Below are positions 1 to 8,158 of a DNA stretch of 34,658 nt, piece after piece; within the stretch, counting starts at the first letter, position 1; the number at the start of each line of letters is the position of its first letter. The notes under the pieces are model-generated. The model did no database searches. It was not told the DNA's origin and saw only the letters and a list, made by a program, of their open reading frames with translations. Source of the DNA: Promethearchaeota archaeon (GTDB lineage Archaea > Asgardarchaeota > Lokiarchaeia > Sigyniarchaeales > SOKP01); NCBI GenBank assembly GCA_048941285.1, contig JBHLNS010000036.1:1-34658 (forward strand), read 5' to 3'. The position numbers were made by a program, and so were the translations under genes.

Positions 1-1
1 T

Positions 2-43
2 GAAGGTTTATCAATAGAAAATTACCAAAAAATTAATTTTTGA
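2..43 (+). CDS. Possible 3' end of an upstream gene (partial), perhaps a PIN/VapC-family protein
   Basis: Frame open from the window edge: EGLSIENYQKINF*. 'GLxIENW/Y' resembles typical VapC C-termini. Only 13 codons are visible. Confidence 0.3.
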   Translation, partial: EGLSIENYQKINF

Positions 44-582
44 ATCAATGTTCTAATTAACTAATAATTATTTTTTTAAAAATTAAATTAATTAGGATTA
101 AGGAAAGGAGTAGAAAAAATCGGAAAACATGATATTCAAAATTGCAAAAAGAGGAGACGTATTTATCTAATAACAGGGTTAAGGGTTGAGGTATTTAGCC
201 GATTCAACGGCATTAGGTATAAGAATATATTTTTTATCATGATATTCCGATCTTTTTTTGTTTTACACTAGATGTTCATCAAAAACTAGTATTTAAAAAT
301 TTCCTTTTTTTTCACATGAAAAAAAAGACAATTTTTTCTAAGTTTAATTTATATCTAAATCTTTCCTTTTGGTTTTGACCGATTCTCTAATTAATTGAAG
401 TATTAATATCCTTCAAAAATAAAATCATAAGGTTTTCAAATTAATTTTATCAAATGGAAATGACTATTAATCTCTAAATATCGTAACTGAATTCTCAAAC
501 AAAGATAAAGTTTAAGGAAAAAGATTATATAATAGGAAATTGATATTAAGAACTAGAGGCAGAAGATAATATTATAGATCCA

Positions 583-900
583 ATGAAATCTCGAACAAAG
601 CTAATTTAAAGCCTTTCAATATTAGTGATTAATTTAGCACTCTTAGCAATTTCAACTTATTTTTTAATTATCAGTGATGTGAATAATGGTGATAATGGAT
701 ATGATAATTATGATATTCTTATTTATATTGATGGAGATGGAACTAATAATCAATGGGATTTTTACAATATAGGTAATTATTGGTCAGATTTCGCGGGTGT
801 AGACGTAGACGATAACGGTGTTGGCGATACTCCGTATATAATTACCGGAGGAAGCGGAAGCCAAGATAATTATCCAATTTGGGATGATGGCCCCGGTTGA
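583..900 (+). pseudogene. Degraded NosD/right-handed beta-helix surface protein gene
   Basis: ATG at 583 (MKSRTKLI), in-frame TAA at 607-609, then a hydrophobic signal-like stretch. This is followed almost directly by the NosD-type C-terminal cap GNYWSDFAGVDVDDNGVGDTPYII...DNYP. The beta-helix body is missing. Confidence 0.6.
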
Positions 901-1721
901 AAATATATTTTTCTCTGGATTTTTTTTATAATTTTCTGATTGAATATAATTCTTTTTTCTTGATGTAGTTCAAAAATCGCAATTAAAATCAGATAAATCC
1001 CATATTTATTTTTAAAATTGTTACAAATTGAATGAAGTAGTTTTTTTTCGGTTTTCTGATTCTCAGAAGTGATATTGTAAAAAACGCTGATTTTATCTTT
1101 CAATATTCTTTTAATGTTTTTATCATAAAAGCGTGCTAATTTAAATCCATTATAATCCACACAAAGTATGTCCCAGTTAGGAATTCTTGCAACATTAGCA
1201 TTTTTAATGTAATAACTCTCATAATTAGTTCGAAAAATTCGATGATTCTTTTTGCTTAAAGAATAAGAGAAATATAAAGCAAATGGGTGTGAAATTGTAA
1301 TTTTATCTTTATAAAAATTCAAATTGACATAATAAACTCTTCCACCATACATTCTAAACAAGAAATTCTCAACCATACTTATTTTAATATTATTTTTATC
1401 TTCCGCAAATTTAGGTGAAGCTACACAAGTTCCATTACCATAGAGAATCCAAAGGACATATATTCCAGCTTCATTATAATGTTGTGTACGTTCAATTACA
1501 TCTTTGACTGATATTTTAGAATTCTGAACTTCAATGACTATTTCTTCACCCGAGATTAATTTAAAATAGACATCAGCCCTTCTCTTATTAATATATTTCT
1601 CAAGAGATTTATCGATTATATATCTATTTTTTTCTGAGATATATTTAAATAAAAGTTTTTTAATGGCTTTATGGTAAAAGGATTCTGATTTTTTATTATG
1701 AATCGTTAACAAATTGGACAT
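870..1721 (-). CDS. CoiA-like PD-(D/E)xK nuclease family protein
   Basis: Motifs ESxxHKxxK, RADVY, IEVQNSKIS and RTxxYxxAGIYVLWI. The ATG at 1721 (MSNLL) is preferred over the upstream TTG at 1793. Confidence 0.7.
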   Translation of the reverse strand: MSNLLTIHNKKSESFYHKAIKKLLFKYISEKNRYIIDKSLEKYINKRRADVYFKLISGEEIVIEVQNSKISVKDVIERTQHYNEAGIYVLWILYGNGTCVASPKFAEDKNNIKISMVENFLFRMYGGRVYYVNLNFYKDKITISHPFALYFSYSLSKKNHRIFRTNYESYYIKNANVARIPNWDILCVDYNGFKLARFYDKNIKRILKDKISVFYNITSENQKTEKKLLHSICNNFKNKYGIYLILIAIFELHQEKRIIFNQKIIKKIQRKIYFQPGPSSQIG

Positions 1722-1827
1722 TTGTCTAGAGGATATTTTATCTCTAACTAGATTAAAAACAATAAAGCTTAAAAATAAAGATAAACAGTTCAATGAATTA
1801 TTAAATTATTATTAGAAATCAATATGA

Positions 1828-3021
1828 TTAAGCCTTACTTAAATTGGGTACAAATTTCTCATCTGAGATTTTTATTAAAGAATTTGTATATTCAATAATT
1901 TTTTTAGCAATTTCAGGATGAGAGAGTAATTGAACTTCTACTTTTTCACCCCTATCCCATAGTAAGTATGGAGTATCTTCATAAGGAGCCGTTTCTTTTA
2001 CTTCTTTTATCCAACTGTCTGGTAATTCATTTTTTAATTCTACATCAAGCATTCTAGCTAAAAAAATTGTCCACGCTCTAGGAACTACAGTCATCAGATA
2101 GCCTCCTCCTCCTAAAGCCAACCATTTGTTTTGACAATATTCTTTAGCGGAAGTTTTTATCGTTTGAGCAATATCTCTGTAAACGGCTAGAGAAAAACCC
2201 ATTTGAGTTAATGGATCATCAAAATATGTATCAACTCCAAGTTGGGTTATTAAAATATCTGGGGAGTATGCTTCTAGTAATTTTGGTGTTGTTTTTCTAA
2301 AAAGGTTTATGAACGATTTATTATATGTTCCGGGGAGTAAAGGAAAATTTATTGTGAAACCTTTACCCTTCCCCTCTCCAATTTCATTAATATTTCCTGT
2401 TCCTGGAAAGAGAAATCTTCCATCTTGATGATATGAAATTTTTAAGACATTTGGATCATCATAAAATAACCACTGGACACCATCACCATGATGACAGTCG
2501 ATATCTAAGTAAGCTATCCTAATATCTTCTTTTATATTTTTTAAATATTTTATTGCTACTCCAATATCGTTGAAAATGCAGAATCCTGATGCTCTATTTT
2601 TCATAGCATGATGTAGACCACCTGCGGGATTAAATGTAATCTTAAATTCCTCATCCTTCCAGACTGTTTCAGCAGCAATAATAGAAGCTCCACATACCAA
2701 GGCAGATGCTTCATACATTCCTTTAAAAATAGGATTATCTCCCGGGCCTAAACCAAAACGATATGGAATAACAGTGTTATTATTAGGATTTTCACTTAAT
2801 TTTTTCACAACTTCGACATATTCAGGTGAATGTACTGTTTCGATTTCTTGCTGTGTAGCCAATCTTGGATTCATTATTGTAATTCTCTCGTGTTCTAAAA
2901 GTTTTAATTTTTCCATTAAGCTATAGGTTAATTTAAGTCTTAAAGGTCTTAAGGGGTGATCCTTACCAAAATTGTATTTCTGGTAATCTTGTGTATATAT
3001 TAAACCTACTCTGTCTACCAT
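1828..3021 (-). CDS. acuC: Zn-dependent histone deacetylase family / acetoin utilization protein AcuC-like deacetylase
   Basis: Motifs HPLRPxR, GGLHHA, SGFC, DIDCHHGDG, FPGTG, GVDTYFDDPL and GGGGY. Confidence 0.92.
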   Translation of the reverse strand: MVDRVGLIYTQDYQKYNFGKDHPLRPLRLKLTYSLMEKLKLLEHERITIMNPRLATQQEIETVHSPEYVEVVKKLSENPNNNTVIPYRFGLGPGDNPIFKGMYEASALVCGASIIAAETVWKDEEFKITFNPAGGLHHAMKNRASGFCIFNDIGVAIKYLKNIKEDIRIAYLDIDCHHGDGVQWLFYDDPNVLKISYHQDGRFLFPGTGNINEIGEGKGKGFTINFPLLPGTYNKSFINLFRKTTPKLLEAYSPDILITQLGVDTYFDDPLTQMGFSLAVYRDIAQTIKTSAKEYCQNKWLALGGGGYLMTVVPRAWTIFLARMLDVELKNELPDSWIKEVKETAPYEDTPYLLWDRGEKVEVQLLSHPEIAKKIIEYTNSLIKISDEKFVPNLSKA

Positions 3022-3214
3022 AATTGTAAATAAAGTAGAAATCCTATTAATTATACTAGAGTAAGTTATAATTCTCTTTTAATTTTCTTGGTAATAATTG
3101 ATAAATTAGAAATAAGTAGTAATAAATATGAGAACGTGTATTATCAAAATATCATATGAAAAAAAAAAATAAATAATAAATAGTACATATAAAATTATTT
3201 TTGATCTAAAGAGA

Positions 3215-3769
3215 ATGAGCCAAAATTTTCGAAAATTCATTAGTCGAGTCGGTGAACAATCTGAGTTTAAACCACTTAAAAACCAACTGCTTAATTATCT
3301 AAAAAAAGAAAGCGAAAGTAAATATAAGAATTACCCTCGACTTTTAGAATTGATGCAGAATTATTGGCCTGAGTACAAAGAACGTTCTCGCATTTCTCAT
3401 CTCTTAAAGGATCATCATGAAGAGATTTTCACTTTTTATTTAAACACTTTCTTCCATTTTAGAAAGAGAGGGTTATCTTTTTCAGATCCTGAAGCTCCAA
3501 CTCCCGTTGATTTTAAATTAATCTTCAAATATCATTATAATGACAAAGAAGTAGAAGCCATTGAAGATATTATGAAACAGCTGAATATTAGTGGGAGTAC
3601 CGAATCTATTCTGAAAAGAATTTTCATATTTACAATAAGCTCCTTCGGTTTTATGGTTGAGCAAATATTTGAGAGACCCTTTGCTTTCCAATTTTTCGAT
3701 ATCTCCGCAAATGCTCTTCCTAATAATGAATGGGAAATAGTAGCAATAATTTCAGGTAGAGAGCAATAA
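3215..3769 (+). CDS. Hypothetical protein (184 aa)
   Basis: ATG-initiated ORF filling the gap between neighbours, with normal composition and no recognised motif. Confidence 0.75.
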   Translation: MSQNFRKFISRVGEQSEFKPLKNQLLNYLKKESESKYKNYPRLLELMQNYWPEYKERSRISHLLKDHHEEIFTFYLNTFFHFRKRGLSFSDPEAPTPVDFKLIFKYHYNDKEVEAIEDIMKQLNISGSTESILKRIFIFTISSFGFMVEQIFERPFAFQFFDISANALPNNEWEIVAIISGREQ

Positions 3770-3773
3770 TTAT

Positions 3774-4199
3774 TCATTTATCTTTTGTAAGAAAAGAGCT
3801 TAGATCCATCATATCATCTCCTCGTTTTACCTGTATTTTACTTCTTATCCCCTTCACTTTTCGTTCTAAGTATATGATTGCATCAAGAGGTATTTGCCTT
3901 GGAACACCCCCTCTATTTCTAATTATTGCTAACAAATAATCAATATTCTGTATGACATCTGGGCTTATCAGTTCATTATGTATGGCTTGATATACATACT
4001 GTTCATTATTCTTAAGATGAATTAAATGATTGTAAGCATCTGGAGATAATACAACTTGTAATACATAATCCACTTTTTCAGAAACAGAAACACTTCGTTC
4101 TTGAGCTACTTCATTTCTTCTTTTAGCTTCCATTATTGCCTTCATTTTTTTCATACGAATTTTTTCTAGCTCATGCTGATCTTGATCTTTTTCACTCAT
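3774..4199 (-). CDS. PDCD5-family (dsDNA-binding) protein
   Basis: N-terminal ELEKIRxKKM, then 'LQVVLSPDAYNHL' resembling the PDCD5 'L..IL.PEAR.RL' motif. Divergent member. Confidence 0.6.
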   Translation of the reverse strand: MSEKDQDQHELEKIRMKKMKAIMEAKRRNEVAQERSVSVSEKVDYVLQVVLSPDAYNHLIHLKNNEQYVYQAIHNELISPDVIQNIDYLLAIIRNRGGVPRQIPLDAIIYLERKVKGIRSKIQVKRGDDMMDLSSFLTKDK

Positions 4200-4484
4200 A
4201 AATTCTATTTCTCCATAATATTACTTATAGTTCTTCAGCTCTTCCTAATTTATATTATAATTACTTAATCCTTTCTGATGAATAAAATAATGACGTAATG
4301 CATAAGAAGTTTGCGAAATCTGATAAAGAATACAAATTTCGTGTCAATTATAGGAGTTAATATGAATATTAGATTGATTCAAAATGTTTAATTTGTAGGA
4401 ATAATCAAACATGATCTTTAAATGGAATTAAACTTTAAATACAAAAAAATTAAATGAAATTCAAATTACTCTTTATTATAAGAG

Positions 4485-6443
4485 GTGTCCAATTTTCACT
4501 CCAAATTCCAAAACCTTGTTGTATTTTTATTTTTTTGTCTTACGTTTAATAGTATTTTTTATGTACAAATGATCCCAAACATTTCAGATAATATTTCTGA
4601 AGATTCTGAAGTGAATGAGTATGAACCATATGGAAACGCAAAAATTGCATTAAATAGTGAAGAATTCTCTTACTATAATCTTTCAGTTATATTTGATGGT
4701 TCAACTTCGAGTGTTACAGGAAATTTAAGTGTGAATTATTATAATAACGATTCAGTAAGTTTTACTCAGATTCCCTTCCATCTTTTTCTTTCTGGTATGC
4801 AGTATAAATCAAGGATGGGTAGTATTGAAATTTTAAATGTAACGACCATGAGTGAACCAAAATTACCTCTAACTTTCGAAGTTGACATTCAATCTCAACT
4901 CTTATGGGTAACACTCGAATCAGAATTACAACCCTTCCATAGAACATTTTTTGAAATTAAATTCATTTCTATAATTCCAGATGGCGGAATTGACAGAGCA
5001 AATTCGCATGGTTCTGACATTGATCAATCTCGAATATATAAGTTTACTAGTTTTTACCCAATGCCTTGTGTTTATGATATTTATGATCAATGGAATATTG
5101 ATCCTTATTTAGGAGTAGGTGATCCCTTTTATCATGATATGGCATACTATAATCTTTTTATAAGAGCTTCAAATGAAATGATAATAACTGCAACAGGTGA
5201 ACTAGTTGAAAAATCAAAACAAGGTTCAAAAATAATTTATCATTTTGATCCAGTCTATCCAGTAAGAGAAGTCACATTTGCAGCTTCAAAATACTATCAA
5301 ATTGACTCAACCATTATTAATGGAGTCAATATCTCAACCTATTATCTACCAAAATCAAGTTTTTTATGGGAAGATAATGCATTAGATTCTGCTATCAATG
5401 CATATAATCTCTTTAATTCTAAATTTGGTACTTATCCATATTCCACTTTAAATATTGTAGAAGAATATTCGAATTATGGAGGTATGGAGTATCCTGCTCA
5501 AGTATATGCTTCAGAACGTATTGATAATTATGGCTATCCACTTGAATATTTAAAAGCGATCTTAGAAAAAGTCGTCGCTCATGAGATTGCTCACCAATGG
5601 TGGTACAATCTTGTCGGGTTTGATGAAATAGATTGGGGTTTTTTAGATGAAGGCTTAGCTTGTTGGTCAACAGATTATTATGCTACATTTTATCATGGTG
5701 ATTGGGAATATTTTCAAGGGACTAGATACTATGACAGAGTTAGGACTTATTATGCAACAAACTTTTTACCCTCAAGAATAAATCAATCTGCTTATGATTT
5801 AATTGAAAATAACTTAGATTGGGTTTATATTTCATATTATAAAGCACCATTGATATTTGAAAAAATAAGTAGAACTATAGGCCAATCTAATTTCCTTTTA
5901 GGATTACACAATTTCCTTGAAGAATATAAATTTAGAATTGCCTTATTGTCTAATTTGCAAGATATACTAGAAAATATTGTAAAGCAAAATTTAGATTGGC
6001 TCTTCTTTCCATGGTTTGACAATGATTATATTCCTGACTACAAAATTGCTAAATGTTATGTTAACACAGATACAAACACATTATCTATTACAATAGAAGA
6101 TGAGAATGAAGACCAGAATAGATATTTTTATAGTCAACAAGCTAGATTATATGTATTTGACTCGAGGAGCAGGATATTATTTAATGATTATATTTGGATA
6201 AATAGTACTACAACACTAGTAGTACCTCTTGATAAGAAACCCTACAAAGTAAGATTAGATTATGCAGATGACGTGATAGTTCAATTAGAGAATCCTTCAA
6301 TAACTTATATTGAATTTATCATTAAAGAAGACTTAATTATTCCAGGATATAATCTAACTTTGACATTAATCGCATTATTATTTCCAATAGTTCTTCTGTG
6401 TTATAAGTCCTCAAATAAAAGGCAAAATAAATTTAGAACTTGA
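4485..6443 (+). CDS. Exported, membrane-anchored M1-family (gluzincin) aminopeptidase with C-terminal sorting/TM segment
   Basis: GGMEY exopeptidase motif, HEIAH-x18-E (FLDEG) zinc motif and YYKA. N-terminal hydrophobic segment. C-terminal IPGY + hydrophobic helix + basic tail. GTG start. Confidence 0.9.
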   Translation: MSNFHSKFQNLVVFLFFCLTFNSIFYVQMIPNISDNISEDSEVNEYEPYGNAKIALNSEEFSYYNLSVIFDGSTSSVTGNLSVNYYNNDSVSFTQIPFHLFLSGMQYKSRMGSIEILNVTTMSEPKLPLTFEVDIQSQLLWVTLESELQPFHRTFFEIKFISIIPDGGIDRANSHGSDIDQSRIYKFTSFYPMPCVYDIYDQWNIDPYLGVGDPFYHDMAYYNLFIRASNEMIITATGELVEKSKQGSKIIYHFDPVYPVREVTFAASKYYQIDSTIINGVNISTYYLPKSSFLWEDNALDSAINAYNLFNSKFGTYPYSTLNIVEEYSNYGGMEYPAQVYASERIDNYGYPLEYLKAILEKVVAHEIAHQWWYNLVGFDEIDWGFLDEGLACWSTDYYATFYHGDWEYFQGTRYYDRVRTYYATNFLPSRINQSAYDLIENNLDWVYISYYKAPLIFEKISRTIGQSNFLLGLHNFLEEYKFRIALLSNLQDILENIVKQNLDWLFFPWFDNDYIPDYKIAKCYVNTDTNTLSITIEDENEDQNRYFYSQQARLYVFDSRSRILFNDYIWINSTTTLVVPLDKKPYKVRLDYADDVIVQLENPSITYIEFIIKEDLIIPGYNLTLTLIALLFPIVLLCYKSSNKRQNKFRT

Positions 6444-6483
6444 TTTTTGTAAACTCTACATTATTTTAAAAATTAGGAAAAAA

Positions 6484-6615
6484 TGGTCCCCTCTGCCGGC
6501 CTCGATCCGGCGACCGCTCGGTTTCAATTTCGGCTGACGTAACTTCATTAGCTCTTAGCTTTAGTACGCGATTTTATCTACAGCCGAGCACTCTACCAGT
6601 CTGAGTTAAGAGGGG
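6484..6615 (-). tRNA. trnY: tRNA-Tyr(GTA) with a 55-nt intron at position 37/38 (intron 6523..6577) and encoded CCA
   Basis: Acceptor stem CCCCTCT/AGAGGGG (C1:G72, A73, the archaeal/eukaryotic Tyr identity), D arm ACTC/GAGT, anticodon stem CTCGG/CCGAG with CT-GTA-G, T stem GCCGG/CCGGC, 3' ACCA. Confidence 0.93.
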
Positions 6616-6913
6616 TTTTTAAGTTAAAATTAAATAATTATAGAATTAATATATTTTTTACGCTTTTTGACTGTAGAATATTTGAGAAATTGATATTATT
6701 CGAATTTAAAATATAATTCTAAAAAATCTATAATTCCTCTTTTTTGCTTAAGAAAACTTCAAATATGTTAACTTTATAACAATATTAACCCAAAATTTTT
6801 ACAACAAAAAATCTGAAAATTCTTTTGTTATGAAAAATTTTTAATATATTAATCTATAATTTTATAAAATTAAACTAATATAACATTAACAATTTAAAAG
6901 CAAAATTAAAAGA

Positions 6914-7435
6914 TTGGTGATTATCATCAGAGAAGAAACAGACTATACTGAGGCAATTGAAGCTTATAAAAACGATCCTCTTGTCATTTTAGAACCGTGG
7001 GGTAGAAGTATTGATCATTTGAGGCTTACCATCATTGGAAAAAAAGGAACTCCTTATGCAGATGGGAAATTTGTTTTTGAAATAAAATTTCCTGAAAACT
7101 ACCCTTTCGCACCTCCTTATGCTTATGCGGTTACTTTAATGTGGCACCCTAATATTGATTCTTCAATTCCACCAGGAAAGCTGAATATTTGTTTAGACTT
7201 AATTAATCCAGATCTTGTGGGTAAAGTAGATGCCAGTACAGGAGCTTCAGGCTGGACTCCAAGTAAAACTCTTACTAATATTATTGAGGCTTTAAAAGGT
7301 ATGATGCATGTTGAGCCTCCTTTCTTTAATCCTGGAGATCCATTAAACCATGAAGCAGGAGAACAGTATTTTAGAGCTCAAAAAAAGTTCGAAGCAAAAG
7401 CAGCTGCTTGGACTAAGAAATATGGGATGGATTAA
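6914..7435 (+). CDS. Ubiquitin-conjugating enzyme E2 (UBC fold)
   Basis: GTPYxxGxF, FPENYPFAPP, MWHPNI, catalytic Cys (NICLD), W-x-P, and PxDPLNxEA. The exact start is uncertain (TTG 6914, GTG 6917 or ATC 6926). Confidence 0.93.
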   Translation: MVIIIREETDYTEAIEAYKNDPLVILEPWGRSIDHLRLTIIGKKGTPYADGKFVFEIKFPENYPFAPPYAYAVTLMWHPNIDSSIPPGKLNICLDLINPDLVGKVDASTGASGWTPSKTLTNIIEALKGMMHVEPPFFNPGDPLNHEAGEQYFRAQKKFEAKAAAWTKKYGMD

Positions 7436-7525
7436 AGCATTTTAAATATTTTTTATCTTTCATTTTAAATTTTTATATTTTATAGCTTTTTGCTAAAATA
7501 CTAAGAAATCTTTTAAGATATCATT

Positions 7526-8143
7526 ATGAATATTCCATTTAAAGACATAAAGGTTGTAATTTTTGATTTAGATGGGACAATAATTAATTTAAAAGCAAAT
7601 TGGATGGATTTGAGAGATATCTTAGTTGATGTCTATAGAGAATATTTTAATGAAGATTGTAATATTGAAAGAATATCAACCTGTCTCAATGAAGTTGTTA
7701 AAAAAAATAATGAGACAATTTTACAGGACTTTTTTAATATTATTCGAAATTTTGAATTAAAAAACATAAAAGATACTGAATTTATTGAAGAAACTATTTT
7801 TTTTATTAATAATAAAAATTTATTTGGTCTAAAAGAGGAAACGAAATTTGCCATCCTTTCTCTTAATACTAGAAATACTATATTAAAAACCTTAGAACTT
7901 GCAAATCTATCTAATAAAATAGATTTTATTGTAGGAAGAGAAGATGTGAGAGGATGGAAACCAGCTCCGGAAGGACTTTTAAAAGTTCAAAATCATTTCA
8001 ATGTACTCAAAAAAGAAATGATCTTTTTTGGAGACTTAGAGAATGACATATTAACTGGGAAGAATGCAGGTATTCAAGCATATTACATAGATGATTTAAT
8101 AAAAGTAGTGAAGAAAAAAATGAAGATTAAAGAATATTTTTAA
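7526..8143 (+). CDS. HAD-superfamily hydrolase (phosphoglycolate phosphatase-like, subfamily IA)
   Basis: Motifs FDLDGT, LSLN, KPAPEG and GDxxND...GKNAG. Confidence 0.88.
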   Translation: MNIPFKDIKVVIFDLDGTIINLKANWMDLRDILVDVYREYFNEDCNIERISTCLNEVVKKNNETILQDFFNIIRNFELKNIKDTEFIEETIFFINNKNLFGLKEETKFAILSLNTRNTILKTLELANLSNKIDFIVGREDVRGWKPAPEGLLKVQNHFNVLKKEMIFFGDLENDILTGKNAGIQAYYIDDLIKVVKKKMKIKEYF

Positions 8144-8158
8144 AGTATTTATAAAACC

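Noticed and set aside
44-582. Possible small genes or IS remnant in the left intergenic region
   Set aside because: Only short, start-less or stop-riddled frames; no terminal inverted repeats or transposase motifs recognised.
1722-1793. 24-aa N-terminal extension of the CoiA-like ORF from a TTG
   Set aside because: An in-frame ATG at 1721 sits just before the first conserved motif; the extension looks like intergenic sequence.
4276-4323. Possible C/D box sRNA (TGATGA ... CTGA, 48 nt)
   Set aside because: No convincing C'/D' boxes or terminal stem, and A-rich guides; plausible by chance in AT-rich DNA.
6484-6530. tRNA 3' end as the att site of an integrated element
   Set aside because: No second copy of the tRNA end and no integrase seen in the window.
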